DNA of 32,000 bases, taken from positions 2,040,001 to 2,072,000 of the forward strand of contig NZ_CP066019.1 in assembly GCF_016127575.1 (NCBI RefSeq). Direction: 5' to 3'. The notes under the pieces were generated by a model. The model was not told the DNA's origin, did not search any database, and saw nothing but the letters and a program-made list of their open reading frames with translations. Positions 1-8,717 of the stretch are shown in pieces; the first letter of the stretch is position 1; each line of letters opens with the position of its first letter. A program made the position numbers and the translations under genes. Source of the stretch: Cupriavidus necator. GTDB taxonomy: Bacteria; Pseudomonadota; Gammaproteobacteria; Burkholderiales; Burkholderiaceae.

Positions 1-412
1 CGACCAGCGCGTGCGGCTGGTGGCGGTGGACGGGATGGCATCGTTGCCGTTCGAGGATCCCCGCTTCCTGACCGTGCTGGTCACGCCTGACGGGCAACCG
101 CCGGCGCAGGTGCCGCGCTTCCGTGCCGGCTGCGCCGCGGTCTCCTCGCATGCCTGGCAGGCCGTGGCGGCAATCGCCGGGCAATCGCCTTCGCGCCTGG
201 CCGGCACCCAGCTGCTGGCCGACCGCGGCGGCTGGCTGCGCGCCCGCGGCACGCCGGGGCGGCAATGGTCCGACGCAGACCTGGTCTGCGTCTCGGGACC
301 GGACGCCGGCGCACAGCGCGCGCCTTCGCCCGCGACTGACGGGCTGACTGCGCTGCTCCTGCGCATGGACGCCGAGCCGGTGCGCTTCGTCAAGGGCGGC
401 TTCATTCACTGA
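1..412 (+). CDS. 3' end of a CDS open to the left window edge; hypothetical protein, no family recognised
   Basis: The frame is open from base 2. The listed ORF 11..412 begins at an internal GTG. G/C third-position bias is strong. Stop TGA at 410-412. Confidence 0.45.
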   Translation, partial: DQRVRLVAVDGMASLPFEDPRFLTVLVTPDGQPPAQVPRFRAGCAAVSSHAWQAVAAIAGQSPSRLAGTQLLADRGGWLRARGTPGRQWSDADLVCVSGPDAGAQRAPSPATDGLTALLLRMDAEPVRFVKGGFIH

Positions 413-668
413 ACCGCCCCCAGGCCGGCACGCAGCCATCCGAGTGCCGCACGCCTGACCCTCCTCCCCCTTGTTTCCGCCACCGCAGGTGAGCCCTCGC
501 CCGCGGCGCACCTTCCGTCGCCGCTCTGGAACGGCCAACGGACCCCTATAAATGCCGTACGAGGCACTCAAAACCGCACCTTGTCTCAATTTTTCATCAA
601 TTTCATTCCGTAAATCAAAACTTCCTATTGACCAACCGAAGTCTTCCGCCTACATTTCCTCCAGCAAG

Positions 669-694
669 CAATTTTCCGGAACGTCCTGTTCCAC
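669..694. promoter_or_regulatory. Candidate operator box CAATTTTCCGGAAC-GTCCT-GTTCCAC (inverted half-sites GGAAC-N5-GTTCC at 678-692), 33-47 nt upstream of the xsc start
   Basis: Perfect 5+5 inverted repeat. 21 of 26 positions are identical to the box at 21167-21192 in the iclR upstream region. It lies in the only AT-richer stretch before xsc. Confidence 0.45.
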
Positions 695-724
695 TTTATA
701 AGACCCTCATCAGGAGACAACGCC

Positions 725-2581
725 ATGCGCGACCTCGATACCACCTCGAATCCCGCCGTTTCCGGTGGCTCGGCCGCCGCGAAGGAGAGCCAGGTCCCGG
801 CCGGCCCGCAGACCATGACCCCGTCGGAAGCCTTCGTTGAAACGCTGGCCGCCAATGGCGTGACCGACATGTTCGGCATCATGGGCTCGGCCTTCATGGA
901 TGCGATGGACATCTTCGCGCCGGCGGGCATCCGCCTGATCCCGGTGGTGCACGAACAAGGCGCCGGCCACATGGCCGACGGCTACGCCCGCGTGTCGGGC
1001 CGCCACGGTGTGGTGATCGGCCAGAACGGCCCCGGCATCTCCAACTGCGTGACCTCGATCGCCGCTGCCTACTGGGCCCACAGCCCGGTGGTGATCGTCA
1101 CGCCCGAGGCCGGCACCATGGGCATTGGCCTGGGCGGCTTCCAGGAAGCCAACCAGCTGCCCATGTTCCAGGAGTTCACCAAGTACCAGGGCCACGTCAC
1201 CAACCCGGCCCGCATGGCCGAGTTCACCGCCCGCTGCTTCGACCGCGCCACCGCGGAAATGGGCCCGACCCAGCTGAACATCCCGCGTGACCACTTCTAC
1301 GGCAAGGTCAACGTCGAGATCCCGCAGCCGCGCCGCCTCGACCGCGGCCCCGGCGGCGAGCAGAGCCTGAACGAAGCGGCCGAGCTGCTGGCCAACGCCA
1401 AATTCCCGGTGATCATCTCGGGCGGCGGCGTGGTGATGGCCGATGCGATCGAAGAGTGCAAGGCCCTGGCCGAGCGCCTGGGCGCGCCGGTGGTCAACAG
1501 CTACCTGCACAACGACTCGTTCCCGGCCAGCCACCCGCTGTGGTGCGGCCCGCTGGGCTACCAGGGTTCGAAGGCGGCGATGAAGCTGATCTCGCGCGCC
1601 GACGTGGTGATCGCGCTGGGCTCGCGCCTGGGGCCGTTCGGCACGCTGCCGCAGCACGGCATGGACTACTGGCCGAAGAACGCCAAGATCATCCAGATCG
1701 ACGCCGACCACAAGATGCTGGGCCTGGTGAAGAAGATCTCGGTGGGCATCTGCGGCGACGCCAAGGCCGCCGCGGTCGCGCTGAGCCAGCGCCTGGCCGG
1801 CCGCACGCTGGCCTGCGACGCCAGCCGCGAGGCCCGCGCCACCGAAATCGCCAACGAAAAGGCCGCGTGGGAGAAGGAGCTGGACGACTGGACCCATGAG
1901 CGCGACCCGTACAGCCTGGACATGATCGAAGAGCAGAAGCAGGAGCGCACGCCCACCGGCGGCCACTACCTGCATCCGCGCCAGGTGCTGCGCGAGCTGG
2001 AAAAGGCCATGCCGGAAGATGTGATGGTGTCCACCGACATCGGCAACATCAACTCGGTGGCCAACAGCTACCTGCGCTTCGAGAAGCCGCGCAGCTTCTT
2101 CGCGGCGATGAGCTGGGGCAACTGCGGTTACGCCTTCCCGACCATCATCGGCGCCAAGGTCGCGGCACCGCACCGCCCGGCCGTGTCGTACGCCGGTGAC
2201 GGCGCCTGGGGCATGAGCCTGATGGAAACCATGACCTGCGTGCGCCACAACATCCCGGTGACCGCGGTGGTGTTCCACAACCGCCAGTGGGGCGCGGAGA
2301 AGAAGAACCAGGTGGACTTCTACAACCGCCGCTTTGTGGCGGGCGAGCTGGACAACCAGAGCTTTGCCGGCATCGCCAAGGCGATGGGTGCGGAAGGCAT
2401 CGTGGTGGATCGGCTGGAAGATGTCGGCCCGGCCCTGAAGCGCGCCATCGACCTGCAGATGAATCATGGCAAGACCACGATCATCGAGATCATGTGCACG
2501 CGTGAACTGGGCGACCCGTTCCGCCGCGATGCGCTGGCCAAGCCGGTGCGTTACCTGGACAAGTACAAGGACTACGTCTGA
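725..2581 (+). CDS. xsc: Sulfoacetaldehyde acetyltransferase (ThDP-dependent, Xsc)
   Basis: 618-aa ORF. The N-terminal region (TPSEAFVETLAANGVTDMFGIMGSAFMDAMD...HEQGAGHMADGYARVSGRHGV) and the ThDP-binding region (YAGDGAWGMS) are typical of Xsc. AGGAGA RBS at 712-717. pta and tauE follow directly downstream. Alternative start ATG 815. Confidence 0.9.
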   Translation: MRDLDTTSNPAVSGGSAAAKESQVPAGPQTMTPSEAFVETLAANGVTDMFGIMGSAFMDAMDIFAPAGIRLIPVVHEQGAGHMADGYARVSGRHGVVIGQNGPGISNCVTSIAAAYWAHSPVVIVTPEAGTMGIGLGGFQEANQLPMFQEFTKYQGHVTNPARMAEFTARCFDRATAEMGPTQLNIPRDHFYGKVNVEIPQPRRLDRGPGGEQSLNEAAELLANAKFPVIISGGGVVMADAIEECKALAERLGAPVVNSYLHNDSFPASHPLWCGPLGYQGSKAAMKLISRADVVIALGSRLGPFGTLPQHGMDYWPKNAKIIQIDADHKMLGLVKKISVGICGDAKAAAVALSQRLAGRTLACDASREARATEIANEKAAWEKELDDWTHERDPYSLDMIEEQKQERTPTGGHYLHPRQVLRELEKAMPEDVMVSTDIGNINSVANSYLRFEKPRSFFAAMSWGNCGYAFPTIIGAKVAAPHRPAVSYAGDGAWGMSLMETMTCVRHNIPVTAVVFHNRQWGAEKKNQVDFYNRRFVAGELDNQSFAGIAKAMGAEGIVVDRLEDVGPALKRAIDLQMNHGKTTIIEIMCTRELGDPFRRDALAKPVRYLDKYKDYV

Positions 2582-2614
2582 TCGAAGTACTGCACACCGC
2601 CAGCTGACGGCGTG

Positions 2615-2642
2615 CTCCCTCTCCCGCTTGCGGGAGAGGGGA
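2615..2642 (+). other. Perfect 12-bp stem / 4-nt loop hairpin (CTCCCTCTCCCG-CTTG-CGGGAGAGGGAG) between xsc and pta
   Basis: Read directly from the sequence; the arms are exact reverse complements. No T-run follows immediately. Confidence 0.7.
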
Positions 2643-2651
2643 GAACACCAA

Positions 2652-2681
2652 GGGCATAGCGCAGGTCGCTGGCCCTTTTTT
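2652..2681 (+). terminator. Possible intrinsic terminator or attenuator inside the xsc-pta operon
   Basis: Imperfect stem GGGCATAGCG/CGCTGGCCC followed by TTTTTT (2675-2681), located 23 nt before the pta start. Confidence 0.4.
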
Positions 2682-2703
2682 CAGTTTTACCGAGCCAACC
2701 ACC

Positions 2704-3738
2704 ATGAAAGCCATCCTCCGCATCATCGACCGCGCCCGCGCCGCGCCTCGCCGCATCGTGCTGTGCGAGGCCGAAGACCCGCGCATCCTGCAGGCCGCGC
2801 AGCGCGCGTCGCAGGAAGGCATCGCGCGCATCGTGCTGGTCGGCAACACGCGCCAGATCAACGCCGCCGCGGCCATCCACGGCATCGGGCTGGACGGCAT
2901 GACGCTGGTCGACCCATCGACCTCGGCGCTCACGCCCTCGTTCGCGCAGCAACTCTTTGCGCTGCGCCAGAAGAAGGGCATGACGCTCGATGAAGCCAAG
3001 CGCGCCGTGCTCGATCCGCTGTGCTTCGCCAACCTGATGGTGCGCCTTGGCCACGCCGACGGTTCGGTGGCGGGCGCCGACCACACCACCGCCGACGTGG
3101 TGCGCAACGCGATCCAGCTGATCGGGCTGGCACCCGGCTTCCGGCTGGTGTCGAGCTTCTTCCTGATGATGCTGTGCGAGCCTTTCCACACGCTCAAGGG
3201 CGGGCTGATCTTCTCCGACTGCGGGCTGGTGGTGGATCCGGATGCCGATGCGCTTGCCGATATCGCCATGGCCGCGGCCGACAGCGCACGCACGCTGCTG
3301 ATGGAAGAGCCGCGCGTGGCCATGCTGTCGTTCTCGACCAGTGGCAGCGCCAGCCATGCGGCAGTGGACAAGGTGGTGGCCGCCACCGAGCGCGTGCGCG
3401 CGCAACGCCCGGACCTGGCCATCGATGGCGACGTGCAGCTCGATGCCGCCATCGTCGCCGAGATCGCCGCGCGCAAGGTCGCGCATTCGCAGGTGAACGG
3501 CCACGCCAACGTGCTGGTGTTTCCCAGCCTGGAAGCCGGCAATATCGGCTACAAGCTGGCCGAGCGGGTCGGTGGCGCCAAGGCCATCGGGCCGATGCTG
3601 CAGGGGCTGAACAAGCCCGCCAACGACCTCTCGCGCGGCTGCAGCGCGGACGATGTGTTCCATGTCATCGCCGTCACCGTGGTCCAGGCGCAAGCCACCG
3701 CGGAACAGGCCAGCAAGGGCGAGCAGGCGGCGGCATGA
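2704..3738 (+). CDS. pta: Phosphate acetyltransferase (short, PTA_PTB-only form)
   Basis: 344 aa. N-terminus IVLCEAEDPRILQAAQ, C-terminus NDLSRGCSADDVFHVIAVTVVQAQ. Position after xsc fits acetyl phosphate to acetyl-CoA conversion. Confidence 0.9.
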   Translation: MKAILRIIDRARAAPRRIVLCEAEDPRILQAAQRASQEGIARIVLVGNTRQINAAAAIHGIGLDGMTLVDPSTSALTPSFAQQLFALRQKKGMTLDEAKRAVLDPLCFANLMVRLGHADGSVAGADHTTADVVRNAIQLIGLAPGFRLVSSFFLMMLCEPFHTLKGGLIFSDCGLVVDPDADALADIAMAAADSARTLLMEEPRVAMLSFSTSGSASHAAVDKVVAATERVRAQRPDLAIDGDVQLDAAIVAEIAARKVAHSQVNGHANVLVFPSLEAGNIGYKLAERVGGAKAIGPMLQGLNKPANDLSRGCSADDVFHVIAVTVVQAQATAEQASKGEQAAA

Positions 3739-4505
3739 AGGCAGAACTGTTGTTGCCGCTGCTGGGCCTGCAGGCCCTGCTCGGTGCCGGCACCTATTTC
3801 CAGACGGTGACCGGCTTTGGCCTTGGCATGATCGTGATGGGCGTCACCAGCGGACTGGGGCTGGCGCCCGTGGCCACCGTGGCCGCGGTGGTGAGCCTGG
3901 TCACGCTGGCCAACAGCGCCTGCGCGCTGCCAGGCAAGCTGCAGCATATCGACTGGCGCGCCGTCGCCGCGGCAGCCATCGGCATCCTGCCGTCGGTAGT
4001 GGTCGGCGTGCTGGTGCTGGAGTACCTGAGTTCCAGCGCAGCCACCCTGCTGCAACTGCTGCTGGGCGCCGTGATCCTGTATGGCGGCCTCAGCGCCGCA
4101 CTCAAGCCCGCGCCGCTGGCGCAACGCTCCGGCGATGGCACCTTCTTCGTCAGCGGGGTATTCGGCGGACTGCTGAGCGGCATGTTCGGCGTCTCCGGCC
4201 CGCCGCTGATTTTCCAGTTCTACCGCCAGCCGATGAAGCCGGTTGAAATCCGTTGCGCGCTGATCCTGGTCTTTACCGTGACCTCCACCGTGCGCACGCT
4301 GTTCTCGGCCTGGCAGGGGCAGCTCGATGCCGCCGTGTGCGTGCAGGCCGCCATTGCCGTGCCGGTGGTGGTGATCGCCACGTTGCTGGGGCGGCGTTTT
4401 CCGCCGCCGTTCTCGCCGGCCACGACGCGCAGGGTGGCGTTCGGGGTGTTGATCGGGATCGGGGCCAGCCTGATGCTGCCGGCGATTTCGGCGTGGGTGC
4501 TCTAA
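3735..4505 (+). CDS. tauE: TauE/SafE (DUF81) family sulfite exporter
   Basis: 256-aa polytopic membrane protein starting MKAELLLPLLG. Its ATG overlaps the pta stop (ATGA at 3735-3738). The xsc-pta-tauE order matches the described Cupriavidus necator arrangement. The listed ORF 3021..4505 is an artefactual 5' extension. Confidence 0.85.
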   Translation: MKAELLLPLLGLQALLGAGTYFQTVTGFGLGMIVMGVTSGLGLAPVATVAAVVSLVTLANSACALPGKLQHIDWRAVAAAAIGILPSVVVGVLVLEYLSSSAATLLQLLLGAVILYGGLSAALKPAPLAQRSGDGTFFVSGVFGGLLSGMFGVSGPPLIFQFYRQPMKPVEIRCALILVFTVTSTVRTLFSAWQGQLDAAVCVQAAIAVPVVVIATLLGRRFPPPFSPATTRRVAFGVLIGIGASLMLPAISAWVL

Positions 4506-4523
4506 GGGCGCGCGCGCCCTTAG
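4502..4523. terminator. 22-bp perfect palindrome CTAAGGGCGCG/CGCGCCCTTAG between convergent tauE and the MFS gene; candidate bidirectional terminator
   Basis: Exact self-complementarity read from the sequence. It overlaps the tauE stop codon. No flanking T/A runs. Confidence 0.45.
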
Positions 4524-4537
4524 AACCGGGACGGGCC

Positions 4538-5842
4538 TCAGGCGATTGAGCCTGCGGGCTGCGCCAGCGGCGCGGTCTCTTCCTTCTCCCCGCCGCCGCC
4601 CGCCTGCCCCAGGTCCATACCGGTAGTCTCGGGCAGCAGCACCGCGGCGACCACTACCATCGCGTAGCCGACTCCCGCCACGATGGCGATCGCGATCGGC
4701 AGCGAGGTGTGCCCCGTACTCAGCCACCCCACCGACAGCGGGAACAGCGAACCGATCACCCGGCCGGCGTTATACGAAACGCCATACCCCGTTGCCCGGA
4801 TATCGTTGGGATAAGACTCGGAGATGGTCGCGCCGATGCCCGCGAACACGCCCTGCATCAGGATGCCGAGCGGGAAGCCAAGGAACAGCATCGACGTATT
4901 CGACACCGGGATCACCATATAGACCAGCGCGGCCACGAACGCCCCGACCGCAAAGGCGATGTAGGTCAGCCGCCGGCCCCAGCGGTCGGTGGCGTAGGCG
5001 CCCGCCACGTAGCCGATCAGTGAGCCGATAATGGTGACCGCCAGGTAAGAACTGGTGCCGAACACCGACAGGCCGCGCTCGGTCTTGAGGAAGGTCGGCA
5101 ACCACGTGGCGATGGCGTAGTACGCGCCCAGCATCCCGCCCGACAGCAGGCTGCACAACAAGGTCTTGGACAGCAGCGGCCCACGGAACAGCCGGCCCAG
5201 GCCTGCCAGCGCCGCCCCCTGCCGGCCGGCCGCCCGGCTCTTCAGGAAGATTTCCGGCTCTTCCAGGTTGCGGCGCAGGTAGACCACCACCAGCGCCGGC
5301 AGGATGCCGAGGAAGAAGCAGACCCGCCACGCCGTCTCCGCCGGCAGCACGCTGAATGCGATCGCGTACACGATGGCCGCCGCGCCCCAGCCGAAGGAAT
5401 AGCTGCTGGCGGTAAAGCCCGAGTATTTGCCGCGATGGACCGGATTGCGGATCATCTCCGTCACCAGCACCATGCACAGCGACGACTCCCCGCCAAACCC
5501 CAGGCCCTGGATCATGCGGAACAGCATCAGCTGCTCCGGCGACTGCGCCAGCCCGCACAGGAAGCAGGCCCCCGCGAACACCACGATGGTCCAGCGCAGC
5601 ACCCGCACGCGCCCGTAGCGGTCGGCCAGGATGCCGGCCCCGATCGCACCAACCAGCGACGACACCAGCGTCCAGGTGACGATGGCGCCCGCTGTCGACT
5701 TGCTCATGCCCCACTGCCCCAGCAGCGTGGAGATAAGGAACGAATAGATCATGAAGTCGAAGACATCGACCGCATGCCCAAGGAACGCGCCATAGAAGCC
5801 CTTGCGCTCCATGCACGACAAATCACGGAACCAGTCGAACAT
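4538..5842 (-). CDS. MFS transporter (metabolite:H+ symporter type), substrate unknown
   Basis: 434 aa, about 12 hydrophobic segments, MFS loop motif ADRYGRVRVL, GGGAGGG RBS. Lies 33 nt downstream of the amidase gene. Confidence 0.85.
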   Translation of the reverse strand: MFDWFRDLSCMERKGFYGAFLGHAVDVFDFMIYSFLISTLLGQWGMSKSTAGAIVTWTLVSSLVGAIGAGILADRYGRVRVLRWTIVVFAGACFLCGLAQSPEQLMLFRMIQGLGFGGESSLCMVLVTEMIRNPVHRGKYSGFTASSYSFGWGAAAIVYAIAFSVLPAETAWRVCFFLGILPALVVVYLRRNLEEPEIFLKSRAAGRQGAALAGLGRLFRGPLLSKTLLCSLLSGGMLGAYYAIATWLPTFLKTERGLSVFGTSSYLAVTIIGSLIGYVAGAYATDRWGRRLTYIAFAVGAFVAALVYMVIPVSNTSMLFLGFPLGILMQGVFAGIGATISESYPNDIRATGYGVSYNAGRVIGSLFPLSVGWLSTGHTSLPIAIAIVAGVGYAMVVVAAVLLPETTGMDLGQAGGGGEKEETAPLAQPAGSIA

Positions 5843-5875
5843 GATCCCTCCCTGTGGTGTGTGTGGTGTTGTGGC

Positions 5876-7372
5876 TTAGTTGTTGTGATCCGCCGGCAGG
5901 ACAGACGGCCGCGGCGGGGGCCGGAACGCGTAGCCCGCGCCTTCCAGCAGGCTGGCAAAGCGCAGCGCGGTGAGATCCCGGTAGCGGCCGGCGACGATCT
6001 GCACGCCGACCGGCAGGCTACTGGTGCCCGGCCCGATCGGCGCCACCGCTGAAGGCAGCCCGCACAGCCCGGAATGGCCGGCCCAGAACAATTGCGTGGT
6101 CATCGGCTGCGCGCGGCCGTTGACGGTGAGGCTGCGCTGCCAGGGCTGGCCGGCCTCGTCCAGCGCGAAGGCCGTGGTGGCTGCGGCCGGGCACAGCAGC
6201 ACGTCATAGGTGGAGAAGAAGCGCCGCCACGCGGTGGCAAAGCGTTCGCGGGCCACCTGCAGGCGCAGCCAGTCGCGATGCCTCAGGGTCGCGCCGGTGT
6301 ACTGGAGGGTGGCGTAGGCATGGTCGTCCGCGGCGGCTGTGGCGGTGCGGTTCAACGCGTCGGCATAGGCCGCATCGTCCATGTGCACCGCGGTGGTTGC
6401 GCGCAGCAGCGTCACGTAGACGTGCCACAGTTCGGCCGCATCGAAATCCGGCCGCACATGCCAGTCCACGCGCGCGCCCTGCCCGGCCAGCCAGTAGCCC
6501 AGTTTTTCGATCTGCGCGGCAACCTCGCCGTCGGATTCAGCCTGCGCATGGGTGGGCAACACCGCGACGCGGAAGTCGGCCAGCCGTCGGTGCGGACACT
6601 CTGGCAGATCAAGGCGGTAGGGCAGCGCCTCGTCGCCGTGCGGGCCGGCAATGGCGCGCAACACCGGTTCCAGGTCGCGCGCGCTGCGGGCCAAGGGGCC
6701 GGCGACATTGATGTCCTGTTCGCCGAAGCGCGCCGGACCCACCCCGTGGCCTGCCAGCGGCACCAGGCCATGGCTGGGCTTGAGCGAGAAGATGCCGCAG
6801 TAGTGGGCCGGATTGCGCAGCGAGGAGCCGATATCGGAGCCCACATCGAAATATGACAGGCCGGCGCACACCGCCGCCGCGCTGCCGCCGGACGAGCCGC
6901 CCGGCGTGCGCGACGGATCGTGCGGATTGCGGGTGGTGCCGTAGATGGCGTTGTAGCTTTGCCAGTCACGCAGGCCGAGCGGAACGTTGGTCTTGCCGAG
7001 CAGGACGGCGCCGGCATCGCGCAGGCGCTGCACTACCGCGGCGTCGTGCTGGGCCGCACGGCCCTGCATGGCCGGATTGCCGCAAGTGGTCGGCCAGCCG
7101 GCGACGTCGAACGACTCCTTGACCGAGAACGGCACGCCGTCGAGTACCCCGCGCGCTTGCCCTGCCCGGCGCCTTCGGTCGCTTTCCAGCGCCGCGGCGC
7201 GGGCGGCATCGAAATCTGACAGCACCAGCGCATTGATGATGCCGTGCCAGTCGTGCCACGCGGCTTCGCAGCCATCCACCAGTTCTACCGCGGAGACTTC
7301 GCCGGCGGCGAGCCGCTGTGCCACCTCCCACAACGGCGGAAAACCGCCGGGAGCCCGGTCGGACAGGTTCAC
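5876..7372 (-). CDS. Amidase-signature family amidase
   Basis: 498 aa. GGSSGGSAAAV signature and upstream FSVKESFDVAG (catalytic Lys region). GTG start preceded by AAGGAG. Confidence 0.9.
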   Translation of the reverse strand: MNLSDRAPGGFPPLWEVAQRLAAGEVSAVELVDGCEAAWHDWHGIINALVLSDFDAARAAALESDRRRRAGQARGVLDGVPFSVKESFDVAGWPTTCGNPAMQGRAAQHDAAVVQRLRDAGAVLLGKTNVPLGLRDWQSYNAIYGTTRNPHDPSRTPGGSSGGSAAAVCAGLSYFDVGSDIGSSLRNPAHYCGIFSLKPSHGLVPLAGHGVGPARFGEQDINVAGPLARSARDLEPVLRAIAGPHGDEALPYRLDLPECPHRRLADFRVAVLPTHAQAESDGEVAAQIEKLGYWLAGQGARVDWHVRPDFDAAELWHVYVTLLRATTAVHMDDAAYADALNRTATAAADDHAYATLQYTGATLRHRDWLRLQVARERFATAWRRFFSTYDVLLCPAAATTAFALDEAGQPWQRSLTVNGRAQPMTTQLFWAGHSGLCGLPSAVAPIGPGTSSLPVGVQIVAGRYRDLTALRFASLLEGAGYAFRPPPRPSVLPADHNN

Positions 7373-7452
7373 ATCGACTCCTTGTCATTATCCGAGCCGG
7401 CAGCGGCGCGGTGGGGGCGTATAGGACAAGCTTCGGGAAGTGCTGCGAATGC

Positions 7453-7471
7453 GTTGGTATACTATATTCCG
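7453..7471. promoter_or_regulatory. Operator/promoter element GTTGGTATACTATATTCCG upstream of the amidase-MFS unit
   Basis: Exact reverse complement of 14661-14679. Contains the 11-mer GTATACTATAT (7457-7467) also present at 12524-12534. That 11-mer lies 85-95 nt upstream of the GTG start. Confidence 0.55.
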
Positions 7472-7622
7472 TATTGAACGGAGCGCAAGCGAAAGTGTCA
7501 CGCGCGAGCGCGCTGAAGCACGCCAGCAGTGGAAAGCGTAGAAGGTGAATGGTCGGCAGGCAGAACGCCTGCCAGGAGGCAGCGGCGGCGTGCTGACGCC
7601 GCCGGCTCTCAGTCAGGCTGGA

Positions 7623-7799
7623 TCAGCAATGGCCACGGCGTGGGGCGCGGCCGCCCAGCGCCAGGAAGAAGCGGCCGATATCGCGCAGGCGCAGCGGCAG
7701 CAGCGGCGTGGCATGGCGGACGGCATTGCGCGCGGCAAAGTGGTGCAACAGTTGCTGGCCGACGGGTTGCGAAAGATAGCGTTGCTCAGGCGACTGCAT
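7623..7799 (-). CDS. Possible small ORF (58 aa, MQSPEQRYLSQPVGQQLLHHFAARN...), unknown function; below the ORF-track cutoff
   Basis: ATG at 7799, TGA at 7623-7625, high GC3, weak AGGGA RBS, and a GTATAC site at 7831-7836 upstream. The overlapping plus-strand ORF 7545..8051 has similar composition, so coding status is unresolved. Confidence 0.25.
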   Translation of the reverse strand: MQSPEQRYLSQPVGQQLLHHFAARNAVRHATPLLPLRLRDIGRFFLALGGRAPRRGHC

Positions 7800-7938
7800 G
7801 GTAAATCCCTATTGATCTGGAATGCCTACAGTATACCTAAATTGGTGCAATGCGCCATGGCGGCGCATGCAATGCCCAGTTGCCGGGCATGCAACGAAAT
7901 GCTGGAAACGGGAGAGGAAAAACCGGGGCCCAACGCCC

Positions 7939-8646
7939 TCAGGCCGCCTCTGCCCTGCCCTGCCCGTCCACCGGCAAGTCTGCCGCCTTGGCGGCACTGT
8001 AGACATGGCGCGCGGCCAGCAAGGCGGCAAGGTCGGCATCCCCGGCGATGACTGCCTGCAGGATCTGGGCGTGTTCATCCCAGTTCTGACGGGCGCGAAC
8101 CACGTTGGCCGGGCCGAACAGCACCGCGGTGCGCTCGCGCAGCGAACGCATCATTTCCTGCAGCACGCTGTTGGCGGCTATGGTGCCGAGCACCTCATGG
8201 AAGCGGGTATTGAGGGCGAGCAACTCATCCGCGCGGCCCTGGGCGGCGGCATCCATGCCCTGGCGCAGCACGCTCTCCAGCTCAGCAACCAGCGCCGGGT
8301 CGCGGCGCTGCGCGGCGAGCTTGGCGTTGAGCCCTTCCAGCGTCGCGCGCACCTCCACCATCTCGCGCGCGATCACTGGCGACAGGCTGGCAACGGTTGC
8401 GCCGCGGCGCGGCTCGATCACCACCAGGCCCTCGCTGGCCAGCGCGCGCAGCGCCTCGCGCACCGGGATGCGCGACACGCCCAGTTCGGCCGACAGCTTG
8501 TTTTCCACCAGCCGTTCACCTGGCGCGTACTTCCCGTTCAGGATGCCTTCACGCAGCTTGTCGGTGACAAGGGCGAACAGCGGCGAGTGGCTGGCACCGA
8601 GGCTCAGCGGCTCGGCGGGCGCGGCAGGAGATGGAGTGAGAGACAT
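7939..8646 (-). CDS. GntR-family transcriptional regulator, FadR/FCD subfamily
   Basis: 235 aa. wHTH KLSAELGVSRIPVREALRALASEGLVV followed by an all-helical C-terminal domain. Confidence 0.9.
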   Translation of the reverse strand: MSLTPSPAAPAEPLSLGASHSPLFALVTDKLREGILNGKYAPGERLVENKLSAELGVSRIPVREALRALASEGLVVIEPRRGATVASLSPVIAREMVEVRATLEGLNAKLAAQRRDPALVAELESVLRQGMDAAAQGRADELLALNTRFHEVLGTIAANSVLQEMMRSLRERTAVLFGPANVVRARQNWDEHAQILQAVIAGDADLAALLAARHVYSAAKAADLPVDGQGRAEAA

Positions 8647-8683
8647 GGGTCAGCAAAGGCGTAAGCGGAAAGGCTGGCATCAT

Positions 8684-8709
8684 TGTATACCAGCCGTTCC
8701 CTGTATACC
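8684..8709. promoter_or_regulatory. Two direct TGTATACC half-sites (8684-8691, 8702-8709) just upstream of the GntR start
   Basis: Both carry the GTATAC core seen in the other operator candidates. They sit in the 71-nt gap between the reductase stop and the GntR start. Confidence 0.4.
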
Positions 8710-8717
8710 GCCATGTC

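Noticed and set aside
710-2467. 585-aa minus-strand ORF antisense to xsc. The same type of long shadow ORF occurs at 2572..3693(-), 2490..3542(-), 10408..11934(+), 17440..19236(+), 19215..20615(+), 21424..23094(-), 24595..26454(-) and 30684..31970(-).
   Set aside because: Their translations are low-complexity and Arg/Ala/Gly/His-rich with no recognisable domains. Each lies opposite a frame with clear family motifs. They are the stop-poor antisense frames typical of high-GC DNA.
3021-4505. 494-aa ORF suggesting a much longer TauE protein.
   Set aside because: The first 238 residues are Arg/Gly-rich out-of-frame read-through of pta. The membrane protein begins at ATG 3735, coupled to the pta stop.
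7545-8051. 168-aa plus-strand ORF in the amidase-GntR gap.
   Set aside because: It runs through an AT-rich, promoter-like stretch (7800-7860) and overlaps the 3' end of the GntR gene. It is kept only as an alternative explanation for the coding-like composition at 7545-7800.
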